Translations under genes and position numbers: made by a program
Part shown: piece after piece, positions 9,014-17,445 of the stretch
Layout: every line of letters starts with the position of its first letter
How positions within the stretch are numbered: position 1 is the first letter of the stretch
Notes under the pieces: generated by a model
Database searches by the model: none
Told to the model about the DNA's origin: nothing
Seen by the model: the letters and a program-made list of their open reading frames with translations, nothing else
Assembly (NCBI GenBank): GCA_002691145.1
Contig: NZHE01000026.1
Location: forward strand, 15,678-79,677
Source of the DNA: Rickettsiales bacterium
GTDB taxonomy: Bacteria; Pseudomonadota; Alphaproteobacteria; Methylaequorales; Methylaequoraceae
Direction of reading: 5' to 3'
Length of the DNA stretch: 64,000 nt

Positions 9014-9314
9014 GAAACACCTCTACAACTTCGTAACCAGAATCTAAAATTAATTTTTTTATTGTTTCATCAGTTAAATTCTCACCCTCTTTTAAATTAA
9101 TAGTAATTAACATTTTTTCTAAATTTACATCAATACTTTTAACAGATTGTTTTCTTTTAAAAATTTTTTCAATTGACCTGGCACAAAAATCACAAACTAA
9201 TCCATTCACTGAAACGTACAAAATCTTATTGTCTTGTAAAACTTTCGATTCTAATTTTGTATTTGTTGTAAGTAAAAAAAGAATTAAAATTAAAATTGGT
9301 AAAAATAATTTCAT
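9003..9314 (-). CDS. Periplasmic HMA-domain metal-binding protein (MerP-like)
   Basis: Signal peptide plus VNGLVCDFCARSIEK CxxC HMA motif and a C-terminal GY. Confidence 0.88.
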   Translation of the reverse strand: MKLFLPILILILFLLTTNTKLESKVLQDNKILYVSVNGLVCDFCARSIEKIFKRKQSVKSIDVNLEKMLITINLKEGENLTDETIKKLILDSGYEVVEVFREN

Positions 9315-9323
9315 TATAATCTC

Positions 9324-9968
9324 CTAAAATCTTTTAATAAAATTAAACAAAAAATCGTTGTGATAACTTAGTCCTATTTCAGCCAAATAATCACCTTTAA
9401 AGATTCTTAAGAAAGGTGTGAAAACTAAATTATCTGAAGAATTCGGCATATGATCAATCTGAAACATAAACCATGTATGAAGATCTCCATATTTACCAAT
9501 ATAAGGAGCTAGTCCGAATCGTAATTTTTGTTGATAAAATTTTTCTATCGATAAACTATTATTTATTCTATTTTCGTAACTCACAAAATAATTTCTATTT
9601 TCCCAATCAAATAAAAGTCCAGTAAAAAAACTTGGCAAGACTTTATTCTGAAAATGTTTATAATTACTTAGGGCCACACCAACTCCATTCCTAATATAAA
9701 AATTTGATTGTGATTTTGAAGTATTAATTCGATTAATCAGATAGTTAAATTGTGCACCATGAAATTGCCATTCTTTTTTTCTCCAATATTCTGCTCTATA
9801 GCCTAGAGAATATTTTACTGAAGGGCTCAAGTGAATGTGAACACTATTTTTGTTTACGTCATTCATCTGCATGATTGTCCAACCATTAGGATAAGAAATA
9901 GGTCTAGTTTTGACATCAGTTGTAAAAACTAAAAATAAAAAAGGTCCAAATATAAGATATTTAAACAT
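9324..9968 (-). CDS. Putative small outer-membrane beta-barrel protein
   Basis: Signal peptide, aromatic-rich alternating strands and C-terminal Phe (FNFIKRF); GGAG RBS. Confidence 0.6.
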   Translation of the reverse strand: MFKYLIFGPFLFLVFTTDVKTRPISYPNGWTIMQMNDVNKNSVHIHLSPSVKYSLGYRAEYWRKKEWQFHGAQFNYLINRINTSKSQSNFYIRNGVGVALSNYKHFQNKVLPSFFTGLLFDWENRNYFVSYENRINNSLSIEKFYQQKLRFGLAPYIGKYGDLHTWFMFQIDHMPNSSDNLVFTPFLRIFKGDYLAEIGLSYHNDFLFNFIKRF

Positions 9969-9993
9969 ATAATCTCCAAATAAAATTTACGAA

Positions 9994-10013
9994 AGAAAGA
10001 CATACGTCTCTCT
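9994..10013 (-). promoter_or_regulatory. Small hairpin between the leader ORF and the barrel gene
   Basis: mRNA AGAGAGAC-GUAU-GUCUUUCU (8 bp, one G-U pair) followed by a U-rich stretch. Confidence 0.4.
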
Positions 10014-10028
10014 ATTTTTTAATAATTA

Positions 10029-10376
10029 TTAGGAGGTATATTTAGGAGGTGGATCTTTTAGTTCACTTATTAATGAATAATGATTAGAAATTAAAAAAAT
10101 TTCGAACGAATTACCAAAATTAATCATTGATAATATATGATTTTTATGAGTTAAAACATTTTTCAAATAACATTGGCAATCCAAACATAACTTTATATTA
10201 CTTTTATCAACGTTATTATTTTGATTATGGCAAGATTTATCATGAACGGAGATTTCTTGAACCTGACTTTGATGTTCTATTTTTTCTAAACAAAAATCAT
10301 TAATATTACTAAATGTAGTAGAATGAATAAAACATACTACAGAAAACATAACTAGTAAAAATTTAGGATAATTCAT
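10029..10376 (-). CDS. CopL/CutF/DUF2946-like metal-responsive leader protein
   Basis: N-terminal signal/TM segment, SCH, CLDCQC and C-terminal DPPPKYTS; first gene of the metal operon. Confidence 0.6.
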   Translation of the reverse strand: MNYPKFLLVMFSVVCFIHSTTFSNINDFCLEKIEHQSQVQEISVHDKSCHNQNNNVDKSNIKLCLDCQCYLKNVLTHKNHILSMINFGNSFEIFLISNHYSLISELKDPPPKYTS

Positions 10377-10489
10377 ACTTATATATTTAATTTAAAACAA
10401 ATATTTTTTCAAGCGTTAAAATTAATGGCTCTACCAAAATTTTAATACCTTAATTATTTCCAAAAAAAGAAAAGTGTTGTGTTGACAAA

Positions 10490-10539
10490 ACTATATTTGT
10501 TATATTATAACACTACTATATTTGTTATATTATAACACT
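10490..10539. promoter_or_regulatory. Tandem duplicated Zur boxes (2 x 25 bp) overlapping the TBDR promoter
   Basis: ACTATATTTGTTATATTATAACACT repeated exactly at 10490-10514 and 10515-10539; each copy contains palindromic TGTTATATTATAACA; TTGACA at 10482-10487. Confidence 0.88.
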
Positions 10540-10567
10540 TTAATCTTTCAAAAAAAGGTATATCATT

Positions 10568-12529
10568 TTGAAAAATTCATTAAAATTCTTGACGATAATA
10601 TTTTTTGTAAACCAGGCTAGCGCTGAAAATCTTGAAACTATTTTTTCTGCACCTGATTTATTCGTTACTTCAAAAATTAAACCTTCATCAAATTTTGACG
10701 GTGATCGTGGAAACATACTTTTTGAAAATGATCAGCTTGAAAAAAAAGGACAATACTCAATTGGAGGTATATTGAATGATTTACCTGGTTTATCCTCTAC
10801 AAGTTTAGGTAACGCTTCTAGACCATTGATTAGAGGTATGTCAAATTCAAGGGTAAGAATTCTTCAAAATAATAGTTCTCTAAGTGACGTTTCTGAGTTT
10901 GCAGCAGATCACATAGTGGGTTATGACCCACTTTTGATTGATAAGATAGAGATTATTAAAGGTCCTGCAACATTGCTATATGGAAATAATGCTTTCGCAG
11001 GTGTTGTAAATATTATTAATCCTTTAATTGCTGTTGATACACCGATTATCGATCAAAGTGTTCAGGCTAGTTTTGGTTACAGCACTTCCGGTGGTGAACT
11101 TAAGTCGGCTCTTAAGGGTACCAAATCAATTGATAATTATACAGTTAGGGGGATGGGAAGTTTTTTAAGTGCTAGTTCTTATAATTTAGCAAATACATCA
11201 GCCAATCAAGGCAATTCTGCGAAGTCAAATTTTACAGGTGGATTTGGATTTACTTACAATAATGGTGAAAATTTTTTCGGGATTGCTGCAGACAAATTGG
11301 AAGCTGAATATAGTTTGCCGGGAGGTGAAGGTGTGGAAAATAGAACTACAATTAATCCTACAAGAAATACTTTTAATTTCAAAGCCGGTATTGCTTTAGA
11401 TTCTAGTTTATTTGAAAAAGTAAACTTAGAAGGAACTGTTTCAGAATATAGTCATGCGGAAAGAGTTCTAGCTGATAAACATAACATAGAGTTTTTCAAT
11501 GACTCTTACGAAATTAAAACCTCACTAAATCATAAATCCTTATTTTCAAATAACCTTGAGGGATTAATAGGGTTTCATTATCAGAATCTCGATCAAGGAG
11601 CTAAAGGAGATGAGGAAGTTCATTTAACAAAAACAAAAACAAATAGTTTTGGTTTATTTGTTTTGGAAAAATTCAAATATAATACTATTGAAATAGATCT
11701 TGGTGGTCGTCTTGAATCTGTGAACCTTAAAAATTCAAGCAATGAAAAAGGTTTCTTTCCAGTATCCTTTTCATCCACGGCAAGAAAAGAATTTATAGAA
11801 AATAATACTTCATTTATTGGTTTTGATTTCACCCAAAGAGCACCAAATCCAGTTGAACTATTTGCTAATGGGGCACATCATGCTGTTGAAAATTTTGAGA
11901 ATGGTGAATCTACCCTAACAACTGAAAGTTCTTACAATTTTTCATTAGGTAATATTTACAAAAATGATTTAGACAAGTTACAAGTTGAAACATATTTAAA
12001 TTATATTGATAATTTTATAGCTGCGGATAGAGACGGTACAACTGTAGCAGTCGAGGGTGAAGATTTTAACAATGTTATTCATGAACAATATAATGCAATG
12101 TTTACAGGCCTTGAGGTTTCTGGTCGATATAATTTTGCAAGTATAAATGAATTTAACATTCTAACAAATTTTATGTTTGACTTCATTAAAGGATATAAAA
12201 CATCTACTGATAAAGCTATTACAAGAGTTCCTCAATCTAAAGTTAATGCCGGTTTGCAGCTATTAGGAGATAGTTTAGATTCAAACTTAACTTATAATCA
12301 TTATTTTAGTAAAGGATTTCTTGGACCTTTTCAAACGCGCACAGGTGGACATTCTAGACTTGATTTTGATGTTACAAAAGATTTTTCCTATTCCACAATC
12401 TCTGGACATTTAGTATTTTCAGCTTTGAATTTATTAGATGTAGTTGGAAGAAGTCATTTGGAATCAAAAAAAGACACTGTACAACTTCCTGGCAGACATT
12501 TTAATTTTTTGTTAAAGGTTTTTTATTAA
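10568..12529 (+). CDS. TonB-dependent receptor, ZnuD-like (probable zinc uptake)
   Basis: Plug motifs SRPLIRGM and KIEIIKGPATLLYG; ELFANGAHHA loop; C-terminal PGRHF...VFY; upstream Zur boxes; TTG start. Confidence 0.88.
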   Translation: MKNSLKFLTIIFFVNQASAENLETIFSAPDLFVTSKIKPSSNFDGDRGNILFENDQLEKKGQYSIGGILNDLPGLSSTSLGNASRPLIRGMSNSRVRILQNNSSLSDVSEFAADHIVGYDPLLIDKIEIIKGPATLLYGNNAFAGVVNIINPLIAVDTPIIDQSVQASFGYSTSGGELKSALKGTKSIDNYTVRGMGSFLSASSYNLANTSANQGNSAKSNFTGGFGFTYNNGENFFGIAADKLEAEYSLPGGEGVENRTTINPTRNTFNFKAGIALDSSLFEKVNLEGTVSEYSHAERVLADKHNIEFFNDSYEIKTSLNHKSLFSNNLEGLIGFHYQNLDQGAKGDEEVHLTKTKTNSFGLFVLEKFKYNTIEIDLGGRLESVNLKNSSNEKGFFPVSFSSTARKEFIENNTSFIGFDFTQRAPNPVELFANGAHHAVENFENGESTLTTESSYNFSLGNIYKNDLDKLQVETYLNYIDNFIAADRDGTTVAVEGEDFNNVIHEQYNAMFTGLEVSGRYNFASINEFNILTNFMFDFIKGYKTSTDKAITRVPQSKVNAGLQLLGDSLDSNLTYNHYFSKGFLGPFQTRTGGHSRLDFDVTKDFSYSTISGHLVFSALNLLDVVGRSHLESKKDTVQLPGRHFNFLLKVFY

Positions 12530-12538
12530 TATAAAAAA

Positions 12539-12907
12539 ATGTTTAAGTATTACTCTTCTTATGTTCTATTTTATTTTACTTTAACACATTTTTTGTGTTG
12601 TGGTATTCCCATTCTTTTAGGCACAATGTCTGTGTTTACAAGTTTATTAATATTTGAATCATTAGTAGTAAATTTTGAGTTTTTGGAAGCATTTGATATT
12701 TATTTCTTTACTCTTACATCTCTTCTTTTTTTATTAATAATATGTTTTGAAGTTTATAAAAAAAAATTAAAGACAAAGGTTGAAATTGATAACAGTGATA
12801 TCCAGAAATTAAATTTAACTAGAAGAAAAGCTAGATTAAACATAATTGCATCTTCAATTATCTATGTATTCAATGCATCAATATTTTTTTCAGAAAGAAT
12901 GTTTTGA
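12539..12907 (+). CDS. MerT/MerC-like 3-TM membrane protein
   Basis: HFLCCGIP in TM1; same layout as 8630-9013; starts 9 nt after the TBDR stop. Confidence 0.6.
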   Translation: MFKYYSSYVLFYFTLTHFLCCGIPILLGTMSVFTSLLIFESLVVNFEFLEAFDIYFFTLTSLLFLLIICFEVYKKKLKTKVEIDNSDIQKLNLTRRKARLNIIASSIIYVFNASIFFSERMF

Positions 12908-12963
12908 ATTCTAAAGTTTGGTTTTATATAAAATCAAATTAGTTACTTTGGGATTAAGTTTTG

Positions 12964-13554
12964 TTATTCATCTATAAACTTATTATTTTTAAAAATCCCT
13001 TTTTTTTTGTCACCATTTTTTTTTGTGAGTACCCCTCTACCGTCAAATAGATTGTTCTTAAACTCTCCTTCATATATATCGCCATTTGAAAATGTATAGG
13101 TGCCATTACCCTCTCTATTTCCAAATTTAAAGTGGCCAATGTACTTATCACCCACTTCAAATATTTGTGTACCAAAGCCGTGGGGTAAATCTTCAAAATA
13201 GTCTCCTTCATATTCTTCTCCATATGAAAATTTTGCCTTACCATATCCATGGAAAAGTCCATCTTTAAAACCACCTTCGTATCTATCACCGTTAGCAAAA
13301 TCAAAAACCCCGTTACCATGTTGAATACCATCTCTGAAGTCACCAACATATTTATTACCATTAACATATAAATAGGTCCCTTTTCCGTTGTATTTGTAAT
13401 CTTTAACTTCTCCAACATATTTTTCTCCATTGGAGTGGTTTATTACACCAAAACAGTGTTCAACAAAGTTACCATTACACTTAGGAAGACTGAATACGTA
13501 ATTTGTATTCGAAAAAAAAAATAAAAAGAATAAAACTATGATATTATTTCGCAT
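12964..13554 (-). CDS. Secreted MORN-repeat protein
   Basis: Signal peptide plus about 6 repeats of YxGxFxxGxxHGxG. Confidence 0.92.
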   Translation of the reverse strand: MRNNIIVLFFLFFFSNTNYVFSLPKCNGNFVEHCFGVINHSNGEKYVGEVKDYKYNGKGTYLYVNGNKYVGDFRDGIQHGNGVFDFANGDRYEGGFKDGLFHGYGKAKFSYGEEYEGDYFEDLPHGFGTQIFEVGDKYIGHFKFGNREGNGTYTFSNGDIYEGEFKNNLFDGRGVLTKKNGDKKKGIFKNNKFIDE

Positions 13555-13596
13555 GTATTTAAAATAACTATTTAAAATATTATTACAATCTGATAG

Positions 13597-14793
13597 TTAA
13601 TTTACCCATCTTTTAGATAAAAGTTTTGTTCCCTCTTTTATACCAAGAGGAGTTAATGGAACCATTCTATTTGAAAAAATTTTTTTTATAATGCTTATCG
13701 ATTCAGTTATTTGCCATTTATTTTCTGGAACGGGATTTATCCATAAACTAGAGGACCATTTTGAAAGGGCTCTACTCAACCAAAATTTTCCGGATTCTTG
13801 GTTATAATGTTCATTACTAGCTCCGGGCATCAATATCTCGTAAGGACTCATAGAGGCATCACCAACAAAAATACATTTAAAATCTTTACCATAAGTTCTT
13901 ATAATTTCATTTGTAGAAGATCTTTCGCTCCATCTTCTTTTATTATCTTTCCAAACACCCTCGTACAGACAATTATGAAAATAAAAGTATTCTAAATTTT
14001 TAAAAACACTTTTAGCGGCAAAAAATAAACTCTCAACTTTTTTTATATGATCATCCATTGAGCCACCAACATCTAAAAAGAGAATAACTTTTAAAGAATT
14101 TTCTTTTTGTTTTTGTTTTTTTATATCTAAATAACCATTTTTAGCAGAAAAATTAATAGTATTTTTAATGTCAATCTCTTCTTCTATGCTTGTTCTAGCC
14201 CATTGTCGCAAATGTTTTAAGGAAACTTGTAAACCCCTAGAGTTTAATTGTTTTGAATCATCGAAATCTTTGAATCTTCTTTTGTCCCATGTCTTTAAAG
14301 CCTTTCGATGTCTGCTTTCACTTTGTCCGATCCTAATTCCCATTGGATTATAACCATAAGCACCGAATTGTGAGGTTCCAGAAGTTCCTATCCATTTATT
14401 TCCACCTTCATGTCTTTTTTTTTGTTCTTCAAGTCTTTTTTTAAATTTTTCCATAAGTTTCTTGAAACCACCGGAGGACTTTATTTTTAACATTTCTTCT
14501 TTAGAAAATTCCTTCTCAAATAACTTTTCTATCCAATGATTAGGAATACTAAAAAATTTAGCAACATCTTCAAATTGGATCTTTTCGATAGACTTAAAGT
14601 GTTCACCAAAAATAACATCAAACTTATCTATCAGGTTTTCATTTTTTATTAACGTAGTTCTGGTTAAAAAGTAAAATTCTTCAATATCATATTGAATAAA
14701 ATTTAACTGTAATGCTTTTAATAAAGTTAAATATTCATTCAGAGAAACCGGCAAATTTGAAGCTTTTAACTTTATAAAAAATTCTAAGAACAT
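13597..14793 (-). CDS. VWA-domain (CoxE-like) partner of the MoxR ATPase
   Basis: GGNKWIGTSGTS, MIDAS-like DVGGSMD and YFYFHNCLYE; start moved to MFLEFF (14793). Confidence 0.88.
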   Translation of the reverse strand: MFLEFFIKLKASNLPVSLNEYLTLLKALQLNFIQYDIEEFYFLTRTTLIKNENLIDKFDVIFGEHFKSIEKIQFEDVAKFFSIPNHWIEKLFEKEFSKEEMLKIKSSGGFKKLMEKFKKRLEEQKKRHEGGNKWIGTSGTSQFGAYGYNPMGIRIGQSESRHRKALKTWDKRRFKDFDDSKQLNSRGLQVSLKHLRQWARTSIEEEIDIKNTINFSAKNGYLDIKKQKQKENSLKVILFLDVGGSMDDHIKKVESLFFAAKSVFKNLEYFYFHNCLYEGVWKDNKRRWSERSSTNEIIRTYGKDFKCIFVGDASMSPYEILMPGASNEHYNQESGKFWLSRALSKWSSSLWINPVPENKWQITESISIIKKIFSNRMVPLTPLGIKEGTKLLSKRWVN

Positions 14794-14797
14794 TAAA

Positions 14798-15635
14798 TCA
14801 ATCGTTATTTCTTGACATAAATGCCAATTGCTCAAAAAGTTGTATATCTTGCTCGTTTTTGATTAAAGCTCCATAAAGTTTAGGGAGAATTTCTTTAGAA
14901 TTTTGTTTTAAATCACTGGGTTCCAAATCTTCAATAAGCAGCAATTTAATCCAATCTAAAGCCTCAGATGTAGATGGTTTTTTTTTTAAGACCTGGAACT
15001 GATCTTATTTCAAAAAACTTAAAAATAGCAGCATTTAATAATTGTTTTTTTATATCAGGAAAATGCACTTTAACAATTTTTTTTAATGTTTCAATTTCCG
15101 GAAATTGAATAAAATGAAAAAAACATCTTCTTAAAAAAGCTTCTGGCAATTCTTTTTCATTGTTTGAAGTTATAATTATAATTGGTCTAGACTTTGCTTG
15201 AATTAGTTTATTAGTTTCAAAAACAAAAAACTCCATTCTATCTAATTCTTGCAGTAAATCATTTGGAAATTCAATATCTGCTTTATCAATTTCGTCAATG
15301 AGTAAAACTAATTTTTCACTGGATTCAAAAGCCTCCCAAATTTTTCCCTTTTTAATATATTTTTCAATATTATCAATATTTACTTTCATTTGACTATCTC
15401 TTAATCTGCTTATAGCGTCAAACTCATACAATCCTTGAGAAGCTTTGGTTGTCGATTTTATGTTCCACTCAATGATTTTTAAATTTAAACTTTTTGCGAC
15501 TTGTCTAGCTAATTCTGTTTTTCCTGTTCCTGGTTCGCCTTTGACAAGCAACGGTTTTTCTAGGGAAATAGCTGCATTAACAGCAACAGTTAAATCTAAA
15601 GTAGATATGTAATCTTTAGTACTTGAGAAGTGCAT
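14798..15635 (-). CDS. MoxR-family AAA+ ATPase, frameshifted at T10 run 14978-14987
   Basis: GEPGTGKT, LLIDEIDKAD and ELPEAFLRRC; removing one base restores KKKPSTSEALDWIKLL...IKNEQD, with the stop at 14798. Confidence 0.88.
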
Positions 15636-15697
15636 ATAAACTATTCATAATGTTTGAATCTAAGCATAATAGTCAAAATTTTAGTTAAAATATTTTT

Positions 15698-16123
15698 TTA
15701 TAAACATTTTCTGCATATACCTGTAATCTCTATGCTCCAACTTTTTTGTTCAAACATATTTTCTTGTAGAGTTTTTTTGAATATAGATGGCAGTTTTCCA
15801 AAATGAGATTCGGTAACAGCACCACAATCATTGCATATCATGAATTGAGTTCCTTTATGAGGCTTGTCAGATTCGCATATTGTATACGCATTTAAACTCT
15901 CAATTTTATGAATAAAGTTAATACCTCTCCAAAAGTCAATTGCTCTATATACTGTTGGTGGTTTTGGATTCTTTACGAGTTTTGACAGTTCAGATAAGAT
16001 ATCATAAGCTTTAATGGGTCTTTTGCTTGAAGAAACAATCTTCAGCACATTCAACCGAGACTTAGTAACCCTATGCTTATTTTTAATACAAAAATCTAAA
16101 ACTTTTTTTTCGAAAGATTTCAT
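15698..16123 (-). CDS. zur: Zinc uptake regulator (Fur family)
   Basis: PPTVYRAIDF, HKIESLNAY, FMICNDCG and EITGICRKC, typical of the Zur subfamily; Zur boxes nearby. Confidence 0.85.
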   Translation of the reverse strand: MKSFEKKVLDFCIKNKHRVTKSRLNVLKIVSSSKRPIKAYDILSELSKLVKNPKPPTVYRAIDFWRGINFIHKIESLNAYTICESDKPHKGTQFMICNDCGAVTESHFGKLPSIFKKTLQENMFEQKSWSIEITGICRKCL

Positions 16124-16161
16124 GATCTTATTTTATTTATTTTACTGTATAAATCAATTTT

Positions 16162-17316
16162 TTATAACTCAAATTCTTCAATTATTTTTGGAATATTTTT
16201 TTTAAAATTAAAAAAACCTTTTTTTGCAAATTTAAAACAAAAAATATCCTCTTTTCTGAAAATAAAATTAAACTTTTTTTGTTTAATTTCATTTTTAAAA
16301 TTTAATATGAAATCTAAATTCTCACCAATAAAAGGATAAATTATATCGATTTCTATAATATCATTTATTAATTCCTGGAAATTAGATGCATTTACACTAA
16401 TAATATTATTCTTAAATTCTTTTTTGAAATCGTTCAACAATTCACTTTTATAATTAATAACTTTTTCACTGAGTTCAATTCTTCGGTTGCTATTACTAAG
16501 TAATAGCACATAAATCTTTTTATAATTTTGAAATAATATTTTTCTTGAGGTAACATGTAAGTCATTTTCGAAAACCAATAAATTTTCATTTTTGGGTTCA
16601 AAATTTGAAGTTAGTAAATTATTTTCAATAGAATAAAATGTAGATTCTTCTTTTGGAAGCGCATTCTCATTAAGGTCAATATTTGCAAACCTATTATTAG
16701 TATACCTTTTGATATTCATGCTCCTTGCAAGATAGTGTTTGCCTCTTGTTTGTAATCCTGCAACCCATCGCCAGCTAAGTGTGTTTGAAGCAGCATCTCC
16801 ATCAAATAAATGTTTTAGAAAGAAATTAGCTCCCATCTGCCATGGCAAATTAAAAGTAAATATCCAAATACTAGCAAACCACATTCTCACATGATTATGA
16901 AGATAATTTTTTGTTTTTAATTCTCTTACCCACTCATTAAAGCATTCTATTTTAGTTTCTCCGTTGTATGCTTTGATTAAATCTTTAAAATTATCATTTC
17001 GATTGGCCGATTTAACATAATCAAACCAAACACTTGGTCTATGCTCTAACCATCCTTTCCAATAGATTCTCCAGAATACTTCCTGAATAAATTTTTCTAC
17101 CTCAGAATATTTATAATTTTCAAGCACTTTAGAAACTAATTCATATTCTAGTATTATCCTATGTGATATAAATGGTGATAATTTAGAAACATAATTAGAG
17201 TCTGAACTACCAAAGTCAAAGTTTCTATACCTGCTGTAATTAGAAATTTTTTTTTTTAAAAAAGAATTAAGCTGCGATTCTGATCTATCAAAAATGGACG
17301 TATTATACATATTCAT
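16162..17316 (-). CDS. Photolyase-family protein with N-terminal FAD-binding domain (inverted domain order)
   Basis: SKLSPFI, KFIQEVFWRIYW, YLHNHVRMWFAS and DGDAASNTLSWRWVAG all lie in the first ~190 aa. Confidence 0.85.
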   Translation of the reverse strand: MNMYNTSIFDRSESQLNSFLKKKISNYSRYRNFDFGSSDSNYVSKLSPFISHRIILEYELVSKVLENYKYSEVEKFIQEVFWRIYWKGWLEHRPSVWFDYVKSANRNDNFKDLIKAYNGETKIECFNEWVRELKTKNYLHNHVRMWFASIWIFTFNLPWQMGANFFLKHLFDGDAASNTLSWRWVAGLQTRGKHYLARSMNIKRYTNNRFANIDLNENALPKEESTFYSIENNLLTSNFEPKNENLLVFENDLHVTSRKILFQNYKKIYVLLLSNSNRRIELSEKVINYKSELLNDFKKEFKNNIISVNASNFQELINDIIEIDIIYPFIGENLDFILNFKNEIKQKKFNFIFRKEDIFCFKFAKKGFFNFKKNIPKIIEEFEL

Positions 17317-17445
17317 AAAATAATAATATTTTCAAAAAATTCATTAAAAATATAATATAAAAGATGAATATATTATATTAATTACTTTATAAATATTAAA
17401 AATAACTACACGTATTTTTTTTATTTTAAATAAGCATCAAAATAT

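Noticed and set aside
8630-9314. Classical mercury-resistance operon
   Set aside because: No merA, merR or transposon features; the context is Zur-associated, so the genes are called Mer-like only.
10490-10539. Mini CRISPR array
   Set aside because: Two directly abutting copies with no spacer; explained as duplicated Zur operators.
12972-13430. 152-aa alternative-frame ORF inside the MORN gene
   Set aside because: Likely a by-product of the repetitive MORN codons; no recognisable motifs.
13597-15635. MoxR/VWA pair as a CO dehydrogenase or defence locus
   Set aside because: No coxLMS or effector genes; this two-gene chaperone pair is widespread on its own.
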